Source of the DNA: Minisyncoccota bacterium
GTDB lineage: Bacteria > Patescibacteriota > Minisyncoccia > Phycocordibacterales > UBA9973
Direction: 5' to 3'
Length of the DNA: 46,138 nt
Assembly (NCBI GenBank): GCA_035548655.1
Contig: DASZSN010000028.1
Coordinates: 1 to 46,138, forward strand
How positions within the stretch are numbered: position 1 is the stretch's first letter; each line of letters starts with the position of its first letter. Made by a program: the position numbers and the translations under genes. Of this stretch, positions 18,064 through 26,344 are shown one piece after another. The notes below the pieces were generated by a model, which was not told where the DNA came from, ran no database searches, and saw only the letters and a program-made list of their open reading frames with translations.

Positions 18064-18087
18064 AAAATCCGCCCTTCGGCGGATTTT
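18064..18087. terminator. Terminator of the 23S-5S transcription unit
   Basis: aaaatccgcc - cttc - ggcggatttt forms a perfect 10-bp stem about 24 nt downstream of the 5S 3' end. Confidence 0.65.
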
Positions 18088-18110
18088 GCGCTAAAAAAAT
18101 AAAATCCTTT

Positions 18111-18221
18111 GTTCTGGCACCTACCTACTTTCGCCCTTGCGGACTATCATCGGTTCAATAAGGCTTGACTTCTCTGTTCGGAATGGGAAGAGGTATTTCC
18201 CTTACGACAAAGCACCAGAAC
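18111..18221 (-). rRNA. rrf: 5S ribosomal RNA
   Basis: The minus strand reads GTTCTGGTGC...CCCATTCCGAACAGAGAAGTCAAGCC...GAAAGTAGGTAGGTGCCAGAAC. It has the conserved loop-C CCGAAC..GAAGT.AAGC block and terminal helix I pairing. The ends are accurate to within a few nt. Confidence 0.85.
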
Positions 18222-18554
18222 AAAAGATTCTAGTTGTAAACGTTTCAAATGATTTCCAGATTTCCTAATAGGAATCGGGCAATTAGTACACCTCGGCTGA
18301 ACGTATTACTACGCGTACACCTGGTGCCTATCAACGTGATCATCTCTCACGACCCTCAACGATACCTTATCTTGAAGCTGGCTTCACGCTTAGATGCTTT
18401 CAGCGTTTATCCATGCCGAACATAGCTACTGGGCGGTCCGTCTGGCGACAGAGCCCATAGACCAGAGGTTCGTTCATTTCGGTCCTCTCGTACTAGAAAC
18501 GAATCTTCTCAAGTATCAACGCCTGCAGTAGATAGGAGACCAACCTGTCTTACG

Positions 18555-19349
18555 CTTCTTTTCACACATTGCTGTATGGAATGGACTATAACTTCACCCT
18601 CACTTCGTTCGGGAGTTATCAAGTTCATCAAGTTTGTAAAGTTACAAAGTAGAAACAAAGTGCCTCGTACTTGATAACCTGATAACTTGAAAACTTTCAA
18701 CTCACGCAAAGCGTGGGGCTCAACAGTTAGTCTCTACGGGTCTAAATTAAACAGCTTTCAATGCATTGTCTACAGATTCTATTTCTTCAGAAGTACCAAA
18801 AGTTTTTAGTTCTTCGTCAGTAATAAGTTCTCTGTTTTCTTTGAATATTTCAAGTTGTTTTCTAAGAGCTAGATCGTTGAAATCAGGCTTGCCAATCTGA
18901 TTGAGCATATCTTTAATTCTTTTAAAGTTTGCTTTCATCTTTTGCAATATTTCCTGTCGTTCATTTTGAACATTTTCACCTTCATGGCTCATAGTAGTTC
19001 CCTCGGAATTAACCCCTAATGCAACAAATATAGCATAGGATTGGTCTCTTCCGATATTAGTTGAGCATGTCATCTGTTGTCACCAACAGCGACCGCCGTA
19101 ATTGGATGGTTCTCTGTACCCGCCTCATCAGCGGATATATCTTTCAATCAAAATGACTTGAAATCATCTTGATTGTCTTCGACGAAAAGACTAAAACAGT
19201 AAACCTGTTTATAATTTTTTATACTCCTTGTTTATCTCTCGGGACTCAGACGGCAAGAAAGTCAAAAGTTATCAAGTTAAAAGTTATCAAGAAAATTGCA
19301 AACGCAACTAACTTTACAAACTTTCAACTTTCAACTTTATAACTAACTT
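18555..19349 (-). mobile_element. Group I intron in 23S rRNA at the position equivalent to E. coli ~2593, carrying an unrecognised ORF
   Basis: In rRNA sense the exon flanks read GCTGGGTTCAGACCGT | CGTAAGACAGGTTGGTC, while E. coli has GGGUUUAGAACGU-CGUGAGACAGUUCGGUC. The 5' exon ends in U and the intron ends in G. A group I R-like element GTAGAGACTAAC (18726-18737) and an S-like element GAAGTTATAGTCC (18583-18595) can form P7. The ORF ends just before R, as it does in the second intron. I could not place a convincing P1/IGS near the 5' end. Confidence 0.75.
18747..19073 (-). CDS. Intron-encoded hypothetical protein, 108 aa as listed or 81 aa from ATG 18992, with no recognisable homing-endonuclease motif
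   Basis: This is a long open frame in an AT-rich, stop-prone insert. A GAGGGA box lies 6 nt upstream of the internal ATG at 18992. The product MSHEGENVQNERQEILQKMKANFKRIKDMLNQIGKPDFNDLALRKQLEIFKENRELITDEELKTFGTSEEIESVDNALKAV is predicted helical and K/E-rich. It has no LAGLIDADG, GIY-YIG, HNH or His-Cys box motif. Confidence 0.5.
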   Translation of the reverse strand: MTCSTNIGRDQSYAIFVALGVNSEGTTMSHEGENVQNERQEILQKMKANFKRIKDMLNQIGKPDFNDLALRKQLEIFKENRELITDEELKTFGTSEEIESVDNALKAV

Positions 19350-19980
19350 ACGGTCTGAACCCAGCTCGCGTACCTTTTTAATTGGCGAACAGCCAAACCC
19401 TTGGGACCTTCTCCAGCCCCGGGATAAGGTGAGCCGACATCGAGGTGCCGAACTCCGCCGTCGCTATGGACGCTTAGGCGGAACTAGCCTGTTATCCCCG
19501 GAGTAGCTTCTATCCGTTAATCTTCGGCCGCATCTAATGCGGACCGTCGGTTCACTATGTTCTGCTTTCGCACCTGCTCGACATGGCCGTCTTACAGTCA
19601 AGCTCTCTTATGCCATTGCACTATCGGCACGGTTTCCATTCGCGCCTAGAGAACCTTTGAACTCCTCCGTTACTCTTTTGGAGGATACCGCCCCAGTAAA
19701 ACTACCCGCCAGGAACTGTCTCGGCGCGTTTTTGCCGCGCCGGTTAGGATATGCCCAAGTACAAAGAGGTATTTCACTGGCGACTCCATGAACCCCAAAA
19801 GGTTCACTTCAAAGTCTCCCTCCTATGCTACGTAGTACACGAACATACCCAATACCAAGCTGTAGTAAAGCTTCCGGGGTCTTTTCGTCTAACTGCAGGT
19901 AACCGGCATCTTCACCGGTATTGTATTTTCACCGAGCAAATCCCCGAGACAGTTTCCCAGTCATTACACCATTCGTGCGC

Positions 19981-20024
<44 letters not shown>

Positions 20025-20839
20025 CATTGCGTGGTAGCTTGTTCAAATGTGTACTGATGTGTGTCAATTATTTACCAAATATGTATTGTGTTAACTCTCT
20101 GTCGCCAGAGAGGTCGGACTATATCTTCACTTCTTCGACAGTCGACGTTCCAATTTCGTCTTGAAGTGTCTTGCGTATAGTCTCTGAGGATTTTTCTACT
20201 TTTTTATGACGTCTTTTAATGAATACTTTCTTTTTCTTCCTTTTCCTTCATTGAGTGTTTCTCGAAGTTTGAGAACTCCTTGTAATCCTGATGGACTAAG
20301 ATGTTCTTTGTTATACATTCGAACAACAATCTGTTTGAAAATTGAAAAATTTTTCTTTTTTCTTGCAGAAATGAAGTGAAATCGTTCGAAAAAAGGAATA
20401 ACTTTTTCATATAATGAAGTACTGTTAGTGACTTCATAATAGACTACTCCATCACTTCTCTCGCGAAGAGTGCCGCATCCAAAGATTTTTTTAATCCATG
20501 AAAGAATCACTCGATCTTTTTGAGAAATATTGAATGAAGCAGTAATTTTCCATTCTTCTTTGTAATCAATTCTTTTTTTGATGGAAAGGTTAAAACTTCC
20601 TTCTCCATCGGTAAAACCAGCAATATAATATCCATCTTTTGGATCTATATTTTTGAGCCAATTTTCCATTTTTTATTTAAGACAGTAGAAATCTTTCCTG
20701 CTGATTGTCTGCGTCTGTATATTGTCACTGCTTCATCGACGTGAAGTGAGTAATACAGAATACTTTTTTTCCACCAGAGGCGGACCAGAGTTTCCAGCAT
20801 ATAGCAAGATTTATTTGCGTAACTACAACGGTCATGTCT
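20025..20839 (-). mobile_element. Group I intron in the helix-69 loop of 23S rRNA (E. coli ~1917) carrying a LAGLIDADG ORF
   Basis: The exon flanks read GGCCGTAACTAT | AACGGTCCTAAGGTAGCG. P1 forms between exon CGTAACTAT (20840-20848) and the intron guide GTAGTTACG (20818-20826), with a U.G pair at the splice site. The R element CAGAGACTATA (20176-20186) and the S element AAGATATAGTCC (20116-20127) are the classical group I core. The terminal base is G at 20025. Confidence 0.88.
20196..20669 (-). CDS. LAGLIDADG homing endonuclease, single-motif (homodimer) type
   Basis: The motif YIAGFTDGEGSF lies near the N-terminus, the size is 157 aa, the tail is basic, and the ORF sits inside a group I intron. 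Confidence 0.92.
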   Translation of the reverse strand: MENWLKNIDPKDGYYIAGFTDGEGSFNLSIKKRIDYKEEWKITASFNISQKDRVILSWIKKIFGCGTLRERSDGVVYYEVTNSTSLYEKVIPFFERFHFISARKKKNFSIFKQIVVRMYNKEHLSPSGLQGVLKLRETLNEGKGRKRKYSLKDVIKK

Positions 20840-21015
20840 ATAGTTACGGCCGACATTCACCAGGGCTTGTAACAGTCAGCAATGCGGATTGCTCCGCATC
20901 ACCGCCGTTAGTTAACCTTCTGGCATCGGTCAGGTGTCACCCCCTATACATCCTCTTACGAGTTCGCAGGGAGCTGTGTTTTTGGTAAACAGTTGCCAGG
21001 AATACTTTCGCTGCG

Positions 21016-21113
21016 CCCCGCCCTCTTTCCCAACAAATACATCAGTTCTACGCGCTTAAGGTCATCAGACGATAAACGTTGTATTGATGTATTTGCGAGG
21101 ATAGAGGGCGGGG
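21016..21113 (-). repeat. Hairpin insertion element, copy A, in 23S domain IV region (partner copy B at 23034-23116)
   Basis: ccccgccctctTtcccaacaaataCa...tatttgcgaggatagagggcgggg has a base stem CCCCGCCCTCT/AGAGGGCGGGG. It replaces a helix that I recall as roughly half this length in E. coli. Confidence 0.7.
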
Positions 21114-21656
21114 AAGCCTTATACCGAGGGTACGGCTGCTTGTTTGCCGAGTTCCTTGGGGATCTCTCACTCGTTCGCCTTGGTCTTCTCGACCTGATCA
21201 CCTGTGTCGGTTTGCGGTACGGGCTCTCTCATACTGGCTTTAGAAGTTTTTCTCGGAAGCGTGCTCACATGACTTCATCGTGGCGTACCACAACTTCGAC
21301 GCGTCACTGACAGTTCACATTAAAGTGAGGAAAACGGATTTACCTGCCTTCCCTGCTCGAGACACGCACCACAATCCAATAAGTGGCTCATGCTACTACA
21401 CTTCGTCGCTCCATCAAATATGAAAGGGGTGATGGAATATTAACCATCTGTCCATCGGTTACGGCGTTTGCCATTACCTTAGGCCCCGACTAACCCTGGG
21501 ATGATTGCCATTGCCCAGGAAACCTTGATCTTTCGGCGGGAGGGAATTGCACCCTCCTTGCGGTTACTTGTGCCAACATTCTTACTTCCACACGCTCCAG
21601 CATGGCTCACGCCTTTGCCTTCACAGCAAGAGTGGAATACTCTCCTACCGCTTGTG

Positions 21657-21806
21657 AATTTCATAAAGGAGAGAAGTTTCCTTCTCAATATATTTGGTAC
21701 CTGCACCTATGCAAGCATGACACATCGTTACTGTTATTTATCCAGTGTCAGCTGCATAGTGCAGGTAAAAGGAACAAGTCTGCTTTATTTTGTTCCTTTA
21801 TGAAAT
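21657..21806 (-). other. ~150-nt insertion in 23S helix 45 (a classical IVS site)
   Basis: The helix-45 stem gcttgtg...ccgcaagc is extended by aatttcataaagga...tcctttatgaaat, which encloses three internal hairpins (gagaag/cttctc, cctgcac.tatgca/tgcatagtgcagg, ggaacaa/ttgttcc). Confidence 0.6.
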
Positions 21807-22427
21807 CCGCAAGCCCTCAGTTTCGGTAATATACTTAGCCCCGATTATCTGCGGCGCGAGATCTCTCGATGAGTGAGCTGTTACGCTTTCTTTAAAAGAT
21901 GGCTGCTTCTAAGCCAACTTCCTCATTGTCGGAGAAATCTCACCTCCTTAAGACGCACTTAGTATATATTTAGGGACCTTAACTTGAGATCTGGGCTGTT
22001 TCCCTTTTGTCTGACGGAGCTTAGCCCCCGTAGACTAACTGCTATGTTATAACGCTTGGTATTCGGAGTTTGATAGGTGTAGCGAGATTGCTCCCTGTCT
22101 AAACCTTCCAGTGCTCTACCCCCAAGAGGATCACATAACGCTAACCCTAAAGCTATTTCGGAGAGAACCAGCTATTACCAGGTTCGATAAGCTTTTCACT
22201 CCAACCCACAAGTCATCCGAATGCGTTGTACGACATACCGGTTCGGGCCTCCAGAGATCTTTCGAACTCCTTCACCCTGCTCATGGGTAGCTCACCTGGC
22301 TTCGGGTCTTATGCATACTACTAAACGCGCTATTCACGCTCGGTTTCCCTACGGCTTTGCGGTTGCCCGCTTTGCCTTGCAGCATACATAAACTCGTTGG
22401 CTCATTCTTCAATAGGCACGCCGTGAC

Positions 22428-22563
22428 GGACATCACGCAATGCGCAATGCCAAGTACCAAGTCAAAAGTCATCGCGTTGAAAGTGAGTCGAAAATAATCG
22501 CACTCTCTATATAACGTGACAACTTGAAAACTTGAGACTTGCATCACACCCTGTGTGATGCCC
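22428..22563 (-). other. ~130-nt insertion in 23S helix 25 (a classical IVS site) containing AAGT/CAAG-unit repeats
   Basis: The flanks GGCACGCCGTGAC...GCTCCGACTCCTTGTAAGC correspond to E. coli GGTACGCAGTCAC...GCTCCCACTGCTTGTACG. The insert carries acaacttgaaaacttgagactt and the hairpin gcatcacaccctgtgtgatgc. Confidence 0.55.
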
Positions 22564-22617
22564 GCTCCGACTCCTTGTAAGCATATGGTTTCAGTTCTAT
22601 TTCACCCTCCTTTCGGA

Positions 22618-22660
<43 letters not shown>

Positions 22661-22870
22661 TTTACCTTGTATGTAGCCTTACCAGTTAGTTCTGGCAGAT
22701 TCCTCCCGGCTATTCGTGTCCGGAAGTACTCAAGAAAAACGACAGAAAAGGAAATTGCATTTCAAGTACGGGATTATCACCCTCTATGATGGTGGTTTCC
22801 AACACCTTCCTCTATACAATTTCTTTGTAACTTTTCTCAATAAATTGACGTCGTCCTCTTACAACCCCCA

Positions 22871-22986
22871 AGCATCACGCAAAGCGTGATAATAACCAAT
22901 CATCAAGCACCACTAACCAAACGAGTCGCGCTCGTTGATTATTGATTATTGAAATTTGATTATTGCATCACGCTCTCTGTGATGCT
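22871..22986 (-). other. ~115-nt insertion in 23S domain I forming a long A-U/G.U helix
   Basis: The terminal hairpins are gcatcacgcaaagcgtgat and gcatcacgctctctgtgatgc. The arms aataaccaatcatcaagcaccactaaccaaacgag and ctcgttgattattgattattgaaatttgattatt pair well only in the rRNA-sense strand, where C/A mismatches on the + strand become G.U pairs. Confidence 0.5.
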
Positions 22987-23033
22987 CAGGTTTGGGCTTC
23001 TCCTCTTTCGCTCGCCGCTACTTAAGGAATGTG

Positions 23034-23116
23034 CCCCGCCCTCTGTCCCAACAAATAAACCATTGAATGTACATAGAAATAGTATCAACGATTTATTTAC
23101 GGAGAGAGAGGGCGGG
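23034..23116 (-). repeat. Hairpin insertion element, copy B, in 23S domain I (partner copy A at 21016-21113)
   Basis: ccccgccctctGtcccaacaaataAa...tttatttacggagagagagggcggg is inserted between CGCCGCTACTTAAGGAAT and TTGTTTTCTTTTCCTCC. The first 26 nt match copy A at 24 of 26 positions, and the closing stem is the same. Confidence 0.7.
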
Positions 23117-23559
23117 ACATTGTTTTCTTTTCCTCCAGGTACTGAGATGTTTCACTTCCCTGGGTTCGCACCACACCCCACTTATGTGGGTGGGTCATCG
23201 AGGTTTGCTCGATGGAGTTTCCTCATTCGGACATCTCCGGATCAAAGGTTGTTAGGCACCTCCCCGAAGCGTATCGCCGCCTCCCGCGTCCTTCATCGCC
23301 ATGTAAAGCCAAGGCATCCGCCATATGCTCTTATTTAAATTTCCTATTAGGAAATCTAGAAATCATTTTCATCCTCTCACTCAGATTTTGAGCGAGAGGG
23401 TAAGCCGCTCATTTATCACCGCTGACAAACGATCGGCTCTTCTCTGCCTCTCCTACCTGCAATCCCACCGGGTGGCGAGATTTCTTGAACGCTGGCGCAT
23501 TCAACAATACGAAGGGCAGCATATAGTTTTCAAAAAACACCTATTGATTGATCTGGACG

Positions 23560-23580
23560 AAAAAACCGCCTTTCGGCGGC
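23560..23580 (-). terminator. Terminator-like or attenuator hairpin in the 23S leader
   Basis: The minus strand reads GCCGCC-GAAA-GGCGGT followed by TTTTTT, about 65-80 nt downstream of the consensus promoter. The 5' arm (plus-strand 23576-23581) can alternatively pair with GCGGCA (plus-strand 23604-23609). Confidence 0.5.
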
Positions 23581-23649
23581 ACATGCCAACAACGAGCTGG
23601 TTATGCCGCTTGGGGAGTGAATGTTTCGTTAGTAATCATAGGCGGGGTC

Positions 23650-23678
23650 ATTATATACGAGCCCAAAAAAGCTGTCAA
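23650..23678 (-). promoter_or_regulatory. Consensus sigma-70-type promoter (TTGACA-17-TATAAT) facing the 23S-5S genes
   Basis: The minus strand reads cTTGACAgcttttttgggctcgtaTATAATgacc. The -35 lies at 23673-23678, the -10 at 23650-23655, and the spacer is exactly 17 nt. Confidence 0.6.
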
Positions 23679-23695
23679 CAAAGATCCACAACAAG

Positions 23696-23727
23696 AACAG
23701 CGCTGGAGTATTCCAGCGCTGTTTTGC
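23696..23727. terminator. Hairpin terminator downstream of the TM-helix protein gene
   Basis: aacagcgctgga - gtat - tccagcgctgtt forms a 12-bp perfect stem, flanked by T-rich sequence on both strands. Confidence 0.5.
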
Positions 23728-23763
23728 AGAGGATAGCCTTTAGTGCGCCAAGGGCGCGGGTGT

Positions 23764-24450
23764 TTATTTTCGTGACGAGAGTTCTTCGGAGACGCGACTG
23801 ACCCAGCGGCCAGCAGTATCTTTTCCACCGAGACCAAAGGCGAGACCAAATGCGATCGCGAGCATGAGCACGAGACCGGTAAAGAGGATCTGACCAAAGT
23901 AGCCAAAGATGCCGAGCTTATCGAGTGCTGTAACAATGGCGATGATCCAAATCGCGTAGTAGGCGATTGAACCGATCATGCGAGCCGAACGAACGTTTGC
24001 CACCATTGCAGATCCTGAAACGATCTTTCGAACGAAATCAGCAAGCACGGTACCGGCAACAAGAACGAGGACAGCAATGATAACGTTGGGGATGTAGAGC
24101 ACGATTTCCTTGAGGAATGCGCTCACTTGATCGAGACCGAGGATGTTGACCGAGGCCATAAAGAAGCCAAGGATGATGAGCCACTTTACGAGCCAGCCGA
24201 TAACGCCACCGATGTGTAGTTTCCATCCTGCTCGAGCAAGTGCTTCATCGGTTGCCGCACCACGAAAGAGTTTGTCGAGTTTGAGCGCGTCAACGCCGGC
24301 AACGATGAGCTTGGCGATCGTTACTGCAACGATCCAGCCGATAATAAAGATAATGATTGCAAGCAAGATCTTTGGCACTGTCTGGATGAATCCGTACCAG
24401 AGGCCTTGTAGTGACACAAGAAAGACCTGACTCCACGTTTGAATAAGCAT
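23764..24450 (-). CDS. Polytopic membrane protein with conserved TM-helix repeats (mechanosensitive-channel-related family); function uncertain
   Basis: Hydrophobic helix pairs repeat (ILLAIIIFIIGWIVAVTIAKLIV..., VIIAVLVLVAGTVLADFVRKIV..., YYAIWIIAIVTAL...LVLMLAIAFGLAFGLGG). The pattern resembles the Conserved TM helix repeat family. Confidence 0.7.
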   Translation of the reverse strand: MLIQTWSQVFLVSLQGLWYGFIQTVPKILLAIIIFIIGWIVAVTIAKLIVAGVDALKLDKLFRGAATDEALARAGWKLHIGGVIGWLVKWLIILGFFMASVNILGLDQVSAFLKEIVLYIPNVIIAVLVLVAGTVLADFVRKIVSGSAMVANVRSARMIGSIAYYAIWIIAIVTALDKLGIFGYFGQILFTGLVLMLAIAFGLAFGLGGKDTAGRWVSRVSEELSSRK

Positions 24451-24645
24451 AGTAATGTACGCGAATGCGTCGGTATTGAAAAGCTATTTAATAAAATTAC
24501 GCTACTGCAGGGGGACCCCCTCAGTACCCCCTAAGTATACCTCCACCCCCTTGAGATGGCAATCGACCTTGATTTATCAAGGGGGAAAACTCAATCAGCC
24601 TATTTTTGAGGCTTTTGATGATGTTGAGGGGTGCAAAAGGATCCC

Positions 24646-25296
24646 TTAGACAGTGTTTGGTAGTACAAACGAAGAAAAATCCTTTGAGGCAATGAGTCGT
24701 TCGTGCGGATAGTCGAACACGTCTCGGATGAGTTTGTCATACATGGAGACGCGATACTTGAAGTCATTGGTGTCAAAGACTGCATAGGCAAGCTCGCGGC
24801 CAAGTTCACTTTCGAGTATTGAAACCGCTTTCTGAATGACCGAACGGCGGAGATGGTCACCGACGATGAGCATATCGAGTCGATTGCCTGAGTGTCCGAT
24901 AAAAATACCGGAGACGACAAAGAGATGGATGCGTCCTGCGGAGCGAAATCGTTTGACCAGATCAGCATGTTTGAAAAAGTCCCCTTCTACGAGCAGTTGG
25001 CGAAGTTCGCTGATATACGGAAAGTCCCCATTGAGGAACCAGCCGCTGGTGCGTTTCTTTTTCGTTTTTCCGGTACGCTTGTTTTCAATCTCTTTGATAA
25101 ATGAATGCTTGTGGATGAGCCCCACGCTTGCAAGCTGAAGTACTACGCGCCGCGCAACACCGGAGCCGACACGCGAACGCAGTGCGACATCGGTTGCTTC
25201 AAACCCTTGCGTCGGGTTCAGAAGGAAGAGTCGCATCACCTTGACTCGCGCCACGCCACCCAATAACTTGCCCAAAATATCGAGACTTTCTTTCAT
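24646..25296 (-). CDS. Hypothetical protein with an N-terminal winged-helix-like DNA-binding domain
   Basis: The N-terminal sequence RVKVMRLFLLNPTQGFEATDVALRSRVGSGVARRVVLQLASVGLI resembles an ArsR/MarR-style wHTH. I did not recognise the C-terminal ~120 aa. Confidence 0.65.
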   Translation of the reverse strand: MKESLDILGKLLGGVARVKVMRLFLLNPTQGFEATDVALRSRVGSGVARRVVLQLASVGLIHKHSFIKEIENKRTGKTKKKRTSGWFLNGDFPYISELRQLLVEGDFFKHADLVKRFRSAGRIHLFVVSGIFIGHSGNRLDMLIVGDHLRRSVIQKAVSILESELGRELAYAVFDTNDFKYRVSMYDKLIRDVFDYPHERLIASKDFSSFVLPNTV

Positions 25297-25307
25297 AGCT
25301 ACTGTCG

Positions 25308-25337
25308 ATTATAGAATTCTTGGCGCTCTTGTGACAA
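25308..25337 (-). promoter_or_regulatory. Promoter TTGTCA-18-TATAAT, with only 11 nt between the -10 and the ATG (near-leaderless mRNA)
   Basis: The minus strand reads cTTGTCAcaagagcgccaagaattcTATAATcgacagtagctATG. The -10 lies at 25308-25313 and the ATG at 25296. Confidence 0.5.
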
Positions 25338-25338
25338 G

Positions 25339-25370
25339 AAAAAAACCGTGTCGGAGTTGTCCGATACGGC
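25339..25370 (-). terminator. Terminator of the secreted-protein gene 25397..25786
   Basis: The minus strand reads CCGTATCGG-acaac-CCGACACGG followed by TTTTTTT. The stem has one mismatch. Confidence 0.45.
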
Positions 25371-25396
25371 TTTTACAATAGGCGAAATCTGCATTT

Positions 25397-25786
25397 TTAC
25401 GGTTTACACCTTCGATGGTCAAACCCGGAAGAACGCCATACTTCTTTAAAACAAACAAATTTCATTCCATCCCTGCCACCTGAAGTTGCGGTGATGGTAA
25501 TAGTGATGGGGGTTGAATACGTCACGGCAAACGTCCCCTCGCCGGAGGTAGTCGCATCGTAACTTACCGTTCCGTAGGGGCCGGTAAACACAACCTGTTT
25601 TTGATTCCACCCTTTTGATTCCCACTTGAGGTCAAGGATGGCAAGAAAGCTCCCGCCACCAAGGTCATACTTTGTGACGGTTAAACTTTGTTGTTCGACG
25701 CAGTTCTGCGCCGAAACTTTCGAAGCCGGCGCCATGGTTACCACACAGAACAGTGCGATACCAACAAGACTTTTTTTAATGTTCAT
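25397..25786 (-). CDS. Secreted hypothetical protein (129 aa)
   Basis: A signal peptide MNIKKSLVGIALFCVVTMAPASKVSAQ is followed by a beta-rich body. Confidence 0.65.
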   Translation of the reverse strand: MNIKKSLVGIALFCVVTMAPASKVSAQNCVEQQSLTVTKYDLGGGSFLAILDLKWESKGWNQKQVVFTGPYGTVSYDATTSGEGTFAVTYSTPITITITATSGGRDGMKFVCFKEVWRSSGFDHRRCKP

Positions 25787-25878
25787 GTGTTATTTTTTTT
25801 GAGAGTGAAAAAAATGGTTTTCAACTACAGTACCACTTGAATTTAATTTGTCAATCTATCTACTGATTTGATTAAACC

Positions 25879-25910
25879 AAAAAACACACTCCAGATGGAG
25901 TGTGTTTTTT
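25879..25910. terminator. Bidirectional terminator downstream of rplL
   Basis: aaaaaacacactcc - agat - ggagtgtgtttttt. Confidence 0.7.
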
Positions 25911-25923
25911 AAAGTAAGATGTA

Positions 25924-26292
25924 TTACTTTAGCTCTACTTTTCCGCCCGCTTCTTCGATGCCTTTCTTGAAGGCTTCGGCTTCGTCCTTTTTCATTCCCT
26001 CTTTGAGGGTGGACGGTGCGGCGTCAACGAGATCCTTGGCTTCTTTGAGTCCGAGGCCGAGTACTTCTTTGACGACTTTCATGACGGCGATTTTTTGTTC
26101 GCCGGCGCTCGCGAGAACAACTGTGAAGGAATCTTTTGCTTCCTCAGCACCGCCTGCGGCGGCACCAGCGGCCGGAGCCGCGGCGACCGCGGCGGCGGAA
26201 ACGCCGAATTTTTCTTCGATTGCTTTTACGAGTTCATTGAGCTCAAGCACTGATGCACCTTCGAGCTCGGTTAAAAATGAATCAAATTTCAT
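25924..26292 (-). CDS. rplL: 50S ribosomal protein L7/L12
   Basis: An Ala-rich hinge ([21 protein letters not shown]) is followed by the C-terminal domain [24 protein letters not shown]...[27 protein letters not shown]. Confidence 0.95.
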   Translation of the reverse strand: MKFDSFLTELEGASVLELNELVKAIEEKFGVSAAAVAAAPAAGAAAGGAEEAKDSFTVVLASAGEQKIAVMKVVKEVLGLGLKEAKDLVDAAPSTLKEGMKKDEAEAFKKGIEEAGGKVELK

Positions 26293-26344
26293 AATAATTA
26301 GTTGGTGGTTACTAGTAAGTAGTTGATAGAAAACGCATTCGACA

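Noticed and set aside
19119-19135. CTGATGAG (hammerhead ribozyme core-like) in intron 1
   Set aside because: The motif is simply the loop of a CCGC/GCGG hairpin. There is no stem II/GAAA/stem III arrangement and no cleavage-site context.
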